Source of the DNA: Spirochaetales bacterium
GTDB taxonomy: Bacteria > Spirochaetota > Spirochaetia > JABEVK01
DNA: 64,000 nt
Reading direction: 5' to 3'
Assembly (NCBI GenBank): GCA_037142615.1
Contig: JBAXAI010000001.1
Span: forward strand, 1-64,000
The notes beneath the pieces were generated by a model. The model saw nothing but the letters and a program-made list of their open reading frames with translations, was not told where the DNA came from and made no database searches. Position 1 is the first letter of the stretch. Every line of letters begins with the position of its first letter. Shown here one piece after another: positions 9,751-18,956 of the stretch. A program made the translations under genes and the position numbers.

Positions 9751-10997
9751 AACCAACGCCGCATGCAGTTCAGGTGGTGCTCGATGCACCGAATCTCGGT
9801 CCACCCCAGATTGTCGGCGCTTTGGCCCTCAGTGGGACCCGGCCCGATTCTGCTGTTTCGTTTGAGTACGGTTCTGCTTGGCTGGCTAAACCGCAGGCCT
9901 TCGAGCTGGATCCCGCGCTTCCGCTGGTGGGCGGGCGGTTGTACCGTGAAACCAGCAAAGGTCTGTTTGGGGTGCTTCAGGATGGTTCACCCGATCGCTG
10001 GGGACGCTTGTTGATGGACCGCAATGAAGACCTTGCCGCGAACCGTGAGGGCCGGGCAGTTCGCAAGCTTTTCGGGTTCGACTACCTTCTCGCGGTCAAC
10101 GACTATACTCGGCAAGGCGCGCTTCGCTTTGCCGACGAAGCCGGTGTATTTGCATCGACGGCCGACTTCGCACCCCCCCCAATCGCCTCACTGGCCGAGT
10201 TGGCCGAAGTCAGTCTTGCGGTGGAACAGCAAGGCGCCCAGGACCTCCCCGACTATGAGCGGTGGCTGGCCACGATCTTCGATGCGGGTTCGAGTCAGGG
10301 GGGCGCACGGCCCAAGTCGGCGTTTGTGGGAGCCGACGGCAGCCTCTGGATGGCGAAGTTTCCGGCGCGCGACGACAGCTACGACCTCGGGGCCTGGGAG
10401 TACCTGACCCACCAGTTGGCCAAACACGCGGGACTGGACGTGCCCGAAGCCCGTCTGGAGACCTTCGACCGACCCCAAAACCGCACTTTCTGCGTCAAAC
10501 GGTTTGACCGTTTCGCCCGCGAACGGCGGCTCTATGTTTCGGCGATGACCCGTTTGGGGTTGGAGGATCACGACGCATCGGCCAGCTACGTGGATCTCGC
10601 CGACCTCGTGGCTACCGGGGGAGTCGATGGCACTGTCGGGGCCGACCTGCGCGAGCTCTTTGGGCGTGCCGCTTTCAACGTCCTTGTTGGCAATCGCGAC
10701 GACCACCTGCGCAACCATGGTTTCTTGCGGGAACCTACGGGCTGGCGACTGGCACCCGCGTTCGACGTGAATCCCAACCCGCAGAAGCAGCTTCATGCTC
10801 TCAAAGTCGATTTGGAGAGCCGACAAGGAAGCCTGGAACGACTGCTGGCCACCCATGAGTGGTACCGGCTGTCCGAGGCGTCAGCGAGGCAGGTTGTGGA
10901 GCGAATCCGCGCATCGGTGTCAGAGTGGGAGTTCCAAGCAAAGAACTTGGGCCTTGCCCGGGCCGAGATCAACCTGATGAAGTCCGTCCTACCGTAA
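9747..10997 (+). CDS. hipA: HipA-family kinase toxin
   Basis: SPDRWGR, GSSQGGARPK, MAKFP, NRDDHLRNHGFL, LAPAFDVNP. Confidence 0.93.
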   Translation: MKPTPHAVQVVLDAPNLGPPQIVGALALSGTRPDSAVSFEYGSAWLAKPQAFELDPALPLVGGRLYRETSKGLFGVLQDGSPDRWGRLLMDRNEDLAANREGRAVRKLFGFDYLLAVNDYTRQGALRFADEAGVFASTADFAPPPIASLAELAEVSLAVEQQGAQDLPDYERWLATIFDAGSSQGGARPKSAFVGADGSLWMAKFPARDDSYDLGAWEYLTHQLAKHAGLDVPEARLETFDRPQNRTFCVKRFDRFARERRLYVSAMTRLGLEDHDASASYVDLADLVATGGVDGTVGADLRELFGRAAFNVLVGNRDDHLRNHGFLREPTGWRLAPAFDVNPNPQKQLHALKVDLESRQGSLERLLATHEWYRLSEASARQVVERIRASVSEWEFQAKNLGLARAEINLMKSVLP

Positions 10998-11106
10998 GAG
11001 CAAAGGTTTGCTGGGTAGACAATTAGCTCCATGATTTCTCTCCCTGCCCCTCCGCCCAGCCGTACCGCGCACTCAACGCCTCGTGCGATGAACTGAACCT
11101 TTCGCG

Positions 11107-12648
11107 CTACTTGACGATGCGCAATTGGAGCTTGGTCACCCCGCCAAAACTGATGTTGTTCCACTGCCCGTCGTCGATGATCTGCGTCAGCGTATCCCAC
11201 GTGACGACCCGCCGTCCGATCAGGTCGTTCTTGGTCAGGTCGTTGTCTTCAGCTTTGATGGTGAGCGTGTCTCCGGGTCGGAGGTCCACGGCGGTGTTGC
11301 CGGTAAAGCGCACCGCCAGCACATCTTTTTGCATGGGGTAGGTCGCGATCACCTCGGAATTGTGAAACAACGTGAGGACCAAATCCGGGTCGGACAAGGC
11401 ATCGGCGACCGAGCCGTCGGCGAGGTTTCCGCTCAGGTTGACCTGCAGAACCGCGACCTGGTAGCGACCGCTGTAGTTCTTCGCAGCAGCAGGGCGGGTG
11501 ACCGTCTCGGCAGGTGCCGCTGGAGCCTCGTAACTCGGTGCCGGGGTGTCGTTTGGCACGGGTTCCAAGGTGACCTTCGGCGCCTGCGGGGTCGGGGCGT
11601 AGTCGAAAACGACTTCGGTCACCCGGTTTTCGACAACGGTGACCCACTTCTGGTACCAGTGGCCATCCGGGTAGGTGGCCGTGACCTGCACGCTCCCCAC
11701 CGGTAACTGGTCGACTTCGACACGGCCTGCGCGCGGGAAGTTCACCTCTTGCCCCGCCACGCTGATCTGGCCCGTGGCAGCCAACTGCACACCGAGCGCG
11801 CCCGTTGCTGCCGCCTGAAAACCGCTGGTCCGCGGTGCGGCTGTAAAACCGCCGAGGTACACCTCTTCGATCAGTTGGTCGTACGCGCCGGGAACTTGCG
11901 TGCCGCTTGTCTGCCGACTCACATCGGCCCGGGTTTGGCGGACAATGGCCGAAAAGTCCTCGGGCAAGGCGAGGTTGCGGATGAGCGCGGGAGTAAACAC
12001 CCCGTCCTGGGCCGTCGAGCCCGACTCGGCCGAAAAAACAATCATCGAGTTCTTGGGCTTTTTGCCCACCGGCGAAAGTCCCCGGGTGGCCCCACGCGAG
12101 GCGGCGGGCAGGGGATTGTCGCGGCAGGAGTCCAGAATGATCAGGTTGGTGGTCGACTGGCACTGCTCCAGCGTCGTCAGCACGTGGTTCAGGTTCATCG
12201 CGTAGATGCCCACCTGGGCCTCGGTCTGGATCCGGGCGTCGGTGGGAATCAGGTAGTTCTCGCCGTTCACCTGGACGGCGTGGCCGCCGTAGTGAAACAG
12301 CGCGATCCCGCCAGCCCTGTTGAGTTCCTCGCCGAAATCGACCACCGCCTGCATCATGGCGTCGCGCGAAAGGTCGGTGAGCAAAGTGACCCGGAAGCCA
12401 AGCCGCTCCAACGTCGTTTTCAGCTGGCGCGCCTCGCTCACCGGGTTGGCGAGCGAAGGAAACGTGCGGTAGTTCCCGTTCGCGATCAGCAGGGCCGACT
12501 TGGCCTCGGTCGAGGTTCCTGGCCACGGTTTTTGCGCCAAGTTGGGCGCCGATTCCGGAGTTGATAGCCCCAGTTCCGACCGCGTCCACGAGGCGCAGGC
12601 GCCGAACAGAAGAAATAGGCCCAACACGGCCCAGGACGGACGCAACAT
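11107..12648 (-). CDS. Lipoprotein with caspase-like (peptidase C14) domain and C-terminal C2-like domain
   Basis: Lipobox LFGAC; ALLIANGNY, LANPVSEA, FHYGGHA (catalytic His), ILDSCRDNP (catalytic Cys); C-terminal SDPD...EDNDLTKNDLIG. Confidence 0.85.
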   Translation of the reverse strand: MLRPSWAVLGLFLLFGACASWTRSELGLSTPESAPNLAQKPWPGTSTEAKSALLIANGNYRTFPSLANPVSEARQLKTTLERLGFRVTLLTDLSRDAMMQAVVDFGEELNRAGGIALFHYGGHAVQVNGENYLIPTDARIQTEAQVGIYAMNLNHVLTTLEQCQSTTNLIILDSCRDNPLPAASRGATRGLSPVGKKPKNSMIVFSAESGSTAQDGVFTPALIRNLALPEDFSAIVRQTRADVSRQTSGTQVPGAYDQLIEEVYLGGFTAAPRTSGFQAAATGALGVQLAATGQISVAGQEVNFPRAGRVEVDQLPVGSVQVTATYPDGHWYQKWVTVVENRVTEVVFDYAPTPQAPKVTLEPVPNDTPAPSYEAPAAPAETVTRPAAAKNYSGRYQVAVLQVNLSGNLADGSVADALSDPDLVLTLFHNSEVIATYPMQKDVLAVRFTGNTAVDLRPGDTLTIKAEDNDLTKNDLIGRRVVTWDTLTQIIDDGQWNNISFGGVTKLQLRIVK

Positions 12649-12852
12649 ACGTGGATTCTACCTCCACCCGACCCTAGTGTGCTAGCCCGCTCTGAATCAG
12701 GCAGGCTCAAAAGGACGGCAGGGCCCGCCTTCGCGCAGGAGCGAAACCAACGCGCCGCTGCCGCACCCGACGCCCGAGAAGCATGAAGTCGCGCCTCATG
12801 GCCACGGGGCCCCTCAAGTTCAGTCCCATGGTGGCTCCTCGAGGGAATGAGA

Positions 12853-14034
12853 CTAGTTGAGCGTCGCCCCCGAGTCAAATGGCCCGGCTGGGGTTGTTTG
12901 CCTCAGCGCGGTGTAGCGATCGATCCTTGCGTAGTTGGCTGCCGTTTCGAGTTGCGACTCCCAGTAGGCCACCAGTCGGTCGCACGCGAGCCGCGAACCG
13001 CGATAGGCGGCTTCGTTCCAAAACGCCACGGCCCGCCGAAGGGCCTTCGGGCGGGAAAGCTTCATCCGGTAGCTGCCGAGGGCTTCGAGCGCTGGTGGGT
13101 AACCTTGGGCCGCCGCACGCTCGAGCCAAACACGGCTGCGCCGGTTGACCCCCAGGCGGAACTGGGCTTCGGCGATGCCTGCCTTGGCGGCCAGACTCAG
13201 CCTGGCTCGCAGCGCGCTCGAAGCCGGAGCGTCCAAGGCCCCCAGCTCTTGCTGAAGTTCGTCCCAAGCGTTTCGCTGCTTGGTCCGCCACGGATCACTG
13301 GCCAGGCAACTCAGGCACCGGGGAACGGTCCGCGCCAGGCGTCGTTTCAACCCCGGGTACGGACAAGCCTCGACAACCCGGCAGAACACTTCCGGTGCCG
13401 TGACGCGGAGGTCGGGTTTCTCATGCAGGCTTGCGGCGCACTCCCACCCCAGGAGCACTTTCAGCACGAGACCCAGGCTGTAGACATCACTGGCCATTCC
13501 GGGGCGCATTCCCGCTTTCTGTTCCGGGCTGGAATAGGCTTCGGTGCCCAGGTAGACACCTTCGTGCGCGGCCCACGGAGGAAGGTCCAGAACTCCGAAA
13601 CTGAAGTCAAAATCCAAGAGCCTGGGTCTGCCCTGGACGACCAGGACATTGGACGGTTTGAGGTCACCGTGGACCACTCCCGCCTGGTGCAGGCGGACCA
13701 CAGCGTAGCAAACCACGGCCGCCTGGAACCAGCGGTCTTCGGCCGCAAGGGCCGCGGAATCCAGACTCTGCCCCTCCAGCAGGGGGACCAACATGGCTAC
13801 CCGCCCGTGTTCCTCAAAAACCCTCGAGGCCGGGACGACAAGAGCTCCCAAGCGGGCGATTCGGCGGTTCAGGGTTCGGGAATAGGCCAGGTACTCGGCA
13901 AACCAAGATTGGTCGGTGGCGTTGGGGAACCGGTAGCGCTTGAGAAGAAAGCGGCGGTTACCGACCTCGACGAGTTCACTTTCATTGGACTTAGTGGCCG
14001 AAAAAGGGCCGAGGGTTCGATAACGGACAGCCAT
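12853..14034 (-). CDS. Hanks-type Ser/Thr protein kinase with C-terminal Sel1-like repeats
   Basis: VHGDLKPSNVL, LLDFD, GTEAYSSPEQ, SDVYSLG; Sel1-like AEAQFRLG, WLERAAAQGYPPA. Confidence 0.8.
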   Translation of the reverse strand: MAVRYRTLGPFSATKSNESELVEVGNRRFLLKRYRFPNATDQSWFAEYLAYSRTLNRRIARLGALVVPASRVFEEHGRVAMLVPLLEGQSLDSAALAAEDRWFQAAVVCYAVVRLHQAGVVHGDLKPSNVLVVQGRPRLLDFDFSFGVLDLPPWAAHEGVYLGTEAYSSPEQKAGMRPGMASDVYSLGLVLKVLLGWECAASLHEKPDLRVTAPEVFCRVVEACPYPGLKRRLARTVPRCLSCLASDPWRTKQRNAWDELQQELGALDAPASSALRARLSLAAKAGIAEAQFRLGVNRRSRVWLERAAAQGYPPALEALGSYRMKLSRPKALRRAVAFWNEAAYRGSRLACDRLVAYWESQLETAANYARIDRYTALRQTTPAGPFDSGATLN

Positions 14035-14048
14035 TCTTAAGTCCCAGA

Positions 14049-15431
14049 CTACTTCTTCGCAACCACCTCTGCAAACGGGTGATCGCCCGCGAACAGAGGC
14101 GAAGGTGACCCGCGCAGCGTCTGGTCAAAGAACCCCACCAGGTAGGCATTGAGGATGGCTGTGACCCGGGCGCTGTCAATAGGGCCCTTGAGCCCGATCA
14201 GCGGCGCGAGCGGCGACAAAAGGGGCAGATCGGAAAAGTCGAGGTGGCCAGTACCCTGGATCGCCACTTGTCCCAGCGAGCCCGTGGAGGCCTTCGAAAG
14301 CGTGGCGAACAGCCGGTTGTTCAGGCTCCCGGTGTCGTCGGCCCACTTCTGGCTGAACAGGTAGTACGAAGGTGTCGTGAGCCCCGAAGCGACCACCGCA
14401 GGTGCCACCGGCCGCATAAACGGGTCCATGCCCAGAACCGACTTGACCCTGGGGTCGCGGGCGGCGAACTGGAGGGCTGCGCCTCCGCCGGTCGAGTGGC
14501 CATAGACCCCAACTCTTTGCACGTCGATGGCGCCGAACAACTCGCTGGTGCTGTCGCCGTTTTGGACCAGCAAGTGGTCGAGCGTGAAGGCCAGGTCGCC
14601 GCTCCACTGTTCGACCAGCCGGTGGGCCGCTTCGTCGTACACGGCGTCGGGCGCTCCGTCGGGAAGCGCGGCCGGGTTGTTCGGCGCTATCGTACCGTCG
14701 GGGAAAACACTGGTGATCGCGCCGTAGGTGTGCTGCAAAGCCACCACCAGGTAGCCTCGGCTGGCCAGCTCGATGGCCTGCGCCGTGTTCTGGGCATCGA
14801 AGCCCTTCCAGCCGTGCGAGAACAGCACCAAGGGGTAACCACCGGTCTGCGGGGCCAGCTTCGCGATGGCAAAGGCCGTGGTCCGCGCCAGCGCCAGGTG
14901 ATCGAGCGCAAACGAAGGGAGCCCCATGTACGCGGCCAGCGCCGGCGCGTAGACTTCGGCCCCTTCCATCCAAGGCGCCCGTTTATCACCCGACGTTGGC
15001 AGGGCGGGGTACCAAGCCCGGATCAGGAACCGCCTGGGCTCGTCCTTGCCCGACCAGACTTCTTTGCGCGACGTGTCGACGAGTTCAAAAGTGCGGGTTC
15101 CGACGGCCAAGGTTCCCCCCGGCTGAGGCAAAACGGGTACTGGCACCAGGATGGGGACGGCCGTCGCAACGACCAGCACCAGTAGTAGGGGGATCCCGGT
15201 CTTCCACCCCGTTTCGCGCTTGAGCGCAAGGCCCGCCACCGCCCAAAGTGCCAGCACAGCCGCGAGCCCATAGAGCCCCAGCATTTCCCAACGGTAACCT
15301 TCCCAGACGAGGTGAAGGCCGAGGAGCAGCAGCGAAGCCGGCGGAAGCCAACGGACAACAAGGGGCCGGGGCTTCGGCCACACTAAGAAGAGGGCCAGAA
15401 CAATCGGTATTAGCAGTTCCAACGCACGCAT
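14049..15431 (-). CDS. Membrane-anchored alpha/beta hydrolase (PAF-acetylhydrolase-like carboxylesterase)
   Basis: YPLVLFSHG, nucleophile GHSTGG, GTGHLDFSD; N-terminal transmembrane helices; GGAGG before ATG 15431. Confidence 0.88.
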   Translation of the reverse strand: MRALELLIPIVLALFLVWPKPRPLVVRWLPPASLLLLGLHLVWEGYRWEMLGLYGLAAVLALWAVAGLALKRETGWKTGIPLLLVLVVATAVPILVPVPVLPQPGGTLAVGTRTFELVDTSRKEVWSGKDEPRRFLIRAWYPALPTSGDKRAPWMEGAEVYAPALAAYMGLPSFALDHLALARTTAFAIAKLAPQTGGYPLVLFSHGWKGFDAQNTAQAIELASRGYLVVALQHTYGAITSVFPDGTIAPNNPAALPDGAPDAVYDEAAHRLVEQWSGDLAFTLDHLLVQNGDSTSELFGAIDVQRVGVYGHSTGGGAALQFAARDPRVKSVLGMDPFMRPVAPAVVASGLTTPSYYLFSQKWADDTGSLNNRLFATLSKASTGSLGQVAIQGTGHLDFSDLPLLSPLAPLIGLKGPIDSARVTAILNAYLVGFFDQTLRGSPSPLFAGDHPFAEVVAKK

Positions 15432-15581
15432 GTTGGGCCTCCAGAAGCTTCGCTGAAAAAGAATATCCACAAAGTTCGGCCTTAGGGATAGCCTCGCACC
15501 GGTACTTTGAACCCCCGCCCCACCGCAACCTCAATCGGAAGTGTTGAAAGAAGCGATTCGTTGGGTTAGCCTTACCTTTAT

Positions 15582-15953
15582 ATGAAGCCCTTTGAATGGA
15601 TCCCCGGCCTCAACCTCGGAATCGAAATGATCGACTCCGAGCACAGGCACCTTTTTGAACTCTACAACCGAGCCGTTTTTGCCAACGACGAGCGATTCGA
15701 ACGTGACGAGCTCTTTCAAGATCTGATGGACTATGCCCACAAGCACTTTACCGACGAAGAGCAACTGATGGAATCTGCCGGCTACCCCGACCTTGAGCCC
15801 CACAAGAGCCTGCACAGAAGTTTCGTTCGGCGGGTGGAATCGCTGCGAAGCTCACCGGATTGGCAGGTGTTGGATTTCTTTCACGAATGGCTTTTTCGAC
15901 ACATTATGGCCGAGGACACGAAGATCAAGCGCTTTCTGGATTCCCGGAAGTAG
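15582..15953 (+). CDS. Bacteriohemerythrin
   Basis: IDSEH, HFTDEEQLM, HKSLH, WLFRHIMAED di-iron ligand pattern. Confidence 0.9.
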   Translation: MKPFEWIPGLNLGIEMIDSEHRHLFELYNRAVFANDERFERDELFQDLMDYAHKHFTDEEQLMESAGYPDLEPHKSLHRSFVRRVESLRSSPDWQVLDFFHEWLFRHIMAEDTKIKRFLDSRK

Positions 15954-16077
15954 GAACGGTCGTCCTGCATGGCCGCGGAAGCCCCTAACGGGGCAGAAGC
16001 CCGCCTAGGTCCTTTTCTACTCGACACTAACTAAAAACCCTCTCCTCCTGCGTACTACCCAGCGATGGAGGGCCTTG

Positions 16078-16707
16078 ATGACAATGCAAAAAGCAGCGAA
16101 GACCTTGGGTCTGTCGGGAGTTGTTACGGCGGCGTCCGCACGGAAGGCCTACCGGAAACAAGTGATGGAGTGGCATCCCGATGCGCTGGCCTCTCGGGGG
16201 TCGTCGTCAACCAAGAACGCAGAACTGAAGATCCGCACGATCAACGCCGCGTGGGAGTTCCTGGAACCCCTTCTTGCTGAAGCTGGGCCGGCGGGCATCC
16301 AATTTGGCAACGAAACCCGAAAGGCAAAGCCTCGCTACAAGCCGTCGACAAAGCGGTACGACGAAGCGACGCGCGCTGAGCAAGAGGCTAGACGGGAAGA
16401 GGCAGCGGCAAGGGCCCGGCAGGAGGCGGCCAAGAAGCACGAGGAGGCTCTTCGAAGCCAGAAGGAAGCCAGGCGAGAACAAAGCGACGCCAGGCTTCGA
16501 AAGGCGAAAACCTGGGCAAGGCGTCGCGCCAAGAGCCTACTAACCTTTGCGGGTGGGTTGCCGGCTCTCTGCATTTACCTCGTCCTTGTGTTTGAGGGCG
16601 AAGTGAACTTGTTCTATACCGTCTCCCTTTTGCTACCAGCCCTAGTGGACTTCGTCTTCGGCTTCCTGCTCTGGAGTGCAGAAAGTGAGCCTACATCGAC
16701 TTCCTGA
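16078..16707 (+). CDS. J-domain protein with coiled coil and C-terminal membrane anchor
   Basis: RKAYRKQVMEWHPD...INAAWEFL; two C-terminal hydrophobic helices. Confidence 0.82.
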   Translation: MTMQKAAKTLGLSGVVTAASARKAYRKQVMEWHPDALASRGSSSTKNAELKIRTINAAWEFLEPLLAEAGPAGIQFGNETRKAKPRYKPSTKRYDEATRAEQEARREEAAARARQEAAKKHEEALRSQKEARREQSDARLRKAKTWARRRAKSLLTFAGGLPALCIYLVLVFEGEVNLFYTVSLLLPALVDFVFGFLLWSAESEPTSTS

Positions 16708-16720
16708 TGGTTAGGGCGCA

Positions 16721-17473
16721 CTACTTCACAAACCCGCGAGGAACCTCGTCCCAGGTTCGGCCATCGAGAACGCGTTCCTGTACCCTGTGACTAGACCCCA
16801 GTTGTTTGATGAAGAACTTGATGTCGTGCTCCACGGCGAAGTCGCGCACTTTTCGCACCCAGTCGAGGTTGATGGGGATCGCGTCCTCCGCTCCGGTCTC
16901 TGAACCGATGACAATCCACTCGACGCCGTGGAACCCTGTAAGGTCGATCGGTCCGTACATGGGCTCAATCATCACGATCTTGTGCTTGGTGGGAGCCTTG
17001 AGCAGGTGGGGGAGGCGGCCGTTCGCGTTCGCTTGGTCTTCCACCGAAACGCTCAGCGCGAGGTAGTCGGGCATACCGTGCGGGTACCGGGCGTTGAGGA
17101 TCAGCGAGGCGCGCTCGGCCCGCTTGGTCCACAAAACATATTTTGGCGTGATCCGTTTGGCTAACGCCACCTCATCAATGATGTCGAGAACGCGGTGGAC
17201 GACATCGGTCGAGACTTTGTCCCAGAACAGGTCACCGTGCTGAACGATGCCGATGACCCCGTTCTTCGCCTTCAGCGCTTCGGGCGACAGTCGTTTTTGG
17301 AACACATAGGGTTCATTCAGCTTCACCTCGGGTGGTATGTTGCCGAGCCTTTGCTGCCACTGGAAAATGCCATCCAGGTACCAGCAGTTGCGGCAACCGA
17401 GCGACGCGCGCTCGCAACCGATGATGGGGTTCCAATCCCCTGTCAGAATGTCGCCAGGACTATTTTTTGCCAT
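16721..17473 (-). CDS. DUF5131 (phage Gp37/Gp68-like) protein
   Basis: WNPIIGCERASLGCRNCWY, GDLF, WTKRAER, EPMYGPIDL, WIVIGSETG, FFIKQLG, LDGRTWDEVP. Confidence 0.88.
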   Translation of the reverse strand: MAKNSPGDILTGDWNPIIGCERASLGCRNCWYLDGIFQWQQRLGNIPPEVKLNEPYVFQKRLSPEALKAKNGVIGIVQHGDLFWDKVSTDVVHRVLDIIDEVALAKRITPKYVLWTKRAERASLILNARYPHGMPDYLALSVSVEDQANANGRLPHLLKAPTKHKIVMIEPMYGPIDLTGFHGVEWIVIGSETGAEDAIPINLDWVRKVRDFAVEHDIKFFIKQLGSSHRVQERVLDGRTWDEVPRGFVK

Positions 17474-18193
17474 TTAGTTCTCCTCCGCGAAGGCCGCTTC
17501 CAAGGATTCCAGCCTGAGAACGGCGCGAGTGTCCAGAGGGGTAGGCTGGTTGTTGACGATGACCAGCTTGCCACCCCGGCGTGCACACAGACCAGGCAGG
17601 CTGGCTGCGGGCTGGACCGTCACGCTCGAGCCAAGGACCAGCATCACGTCGGCACGCTCGGCTTCGGTCTGCGCCTGTTCCCAGGCCCGCTCGGGCAAGG
17701 ACTCGCCAAAGAAGGTGATGTCGGGCTTGATGGGGCCCCCGCAGGTGCACCGGGGCGGAATGTCGCCCGCCTTCACGCGGTGCTGAATCTCGGCGAACTC
17801 GAACTGCTTTCCGCAACCAAGGCAGGTGTGGCCGAAGGGGCTCCCGTGAACTTCGATCACCTGCTGTGAGCCGGCCTTCTGGTGAAGTTGATCGATGTTC
17901 TGGGTGATGATGGCCTTGAGCTTGCCTTCCCGTTCCAGGCGGGCCAGGGTGTGATGGACCAAACTCGACTCGACTTTCTGGTCGCCGTAGAGTGCCGAGC
18001 AGAACGAGCGGTAATAGAGGGACGGATCCCTGCGGAATACCGCGATGTCGAAGATTCTCAGGTTGTCCGGGTTCGAATGGAGTCCTTTGGTACCACGAAA
18101 GTCGGGCAGCCCTGAAAGGGTTGAGACCCCAGCCCCGGTGAACGCGACCAAGTGGGTCGCCGAATCGATGAGTTTCTTGAGTTCAGCTTGCAT
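17474..18193 (-). CDS. Sir2-family NAD-dependent deacylase
   Basis: FTGAGVSTLSGLPDFRG, ITQNIDQLHQKAGS, EVHGS, zinc ribbon CLGC...CTCGG, KPDITFFGE. Confidence 0.93.
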   Translation of the reverse strand: MQAELKKLIDSATHLVAFTGAGVSTLSGLPDFRGTKGLHSNPDNLRIFDIAVFRRDPSLYYRSFCSALYGDQKVESSLVHHTLARLEREGKLKAIITQNIDQLHQKAGSQQVIEVHGSPFGHTCLGCGKQFEFAEIQHRVKAGDIPPRCTCGGPIKPDITFFGESLPERAWEQAQTEAERADVMLVLGSSVTVQPAASLPGLCARRGGKLVIVNNQPTPLDTRAVLRLESLEAAFAEEN

Positions 18194-18956
18194 TGTTCGC
18201 CTCCATTTTCGGTTTGTTTCGCCAGCGTACGACCCGTTGCACGGCCCATCCTATCCCGAAAACCAGCCGCCAGGGCCGCCTTTTCGAGATCTCACGCTGC
18301 AGATCGACCCGAAAGTAGTGCCTACTTGCGGAGTAGAGCCGGTTACGCTGGAGCTCCGAGAGTGCAAAGTAGAGGTACGAGAGTGTTCGCGGGCTGCAGT
18401 GTGAAACCAGCCTGTAGAACTCGTGGCCCGGGCGGTCTTCCAAGAACGAAAGCTCCGGCCATGACCGGTGATTGCGGTTCCGGATCGGAGTCTCGAAATC
18501 CTGCGACGGAATCCCGAGCATCTCGAATTGCGAAATAGGCTCACCAAGAACCTGCCCCAGCCGCTCCAGCAGAAGCGAAGGCTCTTCGCGAAAGGCCAGC
18601 GCCATCGTCGCCCGCCAGACCAGCAGGACTTCGAGGCGGGCCCGTGAGGTCTGTCCCGGACCCAAGGCTTCTTCCAGGAGGGCTTCGAGGAGTTGGGGCA
18701 CCTGAACTCCAGCGCTCACCTGGTCGAAATACGGTCGGAAAAGCGGGGGGAACTCCGGCGGCAGCTCGAGGGCCCGGTGCGGCCCGAAGTCAGCGACGGC
18801 TGAGCAGTTGTCCTCCGAGGACCGCACCAGCTCCACGAGTTGATCCGCAAACCTGTGCAGAGCTTGGCGTCTCGAACGTCGGAGGGCAGTGGTTCGCAAG
18901 AGACGGAGAAAGTGAGCCTCAAATTGCTCGTCCAGGTCGTCACGCAGTATGCTCAT
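18183..18956 (-). CDS. Hypothetical protein; putative soluble MotA-cytoplasmic/FliG-C-like fold (paralog 2)
   Basis: ATGA-coupled to the upstream paralog; shares LEVLLVWRA..A.A with it; pattern resemblance only. Confidence 0.55.
   Translation of the reverse strand: MSILRDDLDEQFEAHFLRLLRTTALRRSRRQALHRFADQLVELVRSSEDNCSAVADFGPHRALELPPEFPPLFRPYFDQVSAGVQVPQLLEALLEEALGPGQTSRARLEVLLVWRATMALAFREEPSLLLERLGQVLGEPISQFEMLGIPSQDFETPIRNRNHRSWPELSFLEDRPGHEFYRLVSHCSPRTLSYLYFALSELQRNRLYSASRHYFRVDLQREISKRRPWRLVFGIGWAVQRVVRWRNKPKMEANNAS

Noticed and set aside
9320-16070. Left att boundary for the large accessory region
   Set aside because: No further copy of the tRNA-Gly 3' end was found by eye, so the region cannot be called a single integrated element.
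17474-18193. Sir2 as a Thoeris/DSR-type NADase defence effector
   Set aside because: It has the zinc ribbon and all motifs of a canonical protein deacylase, with no fused sensor domain.
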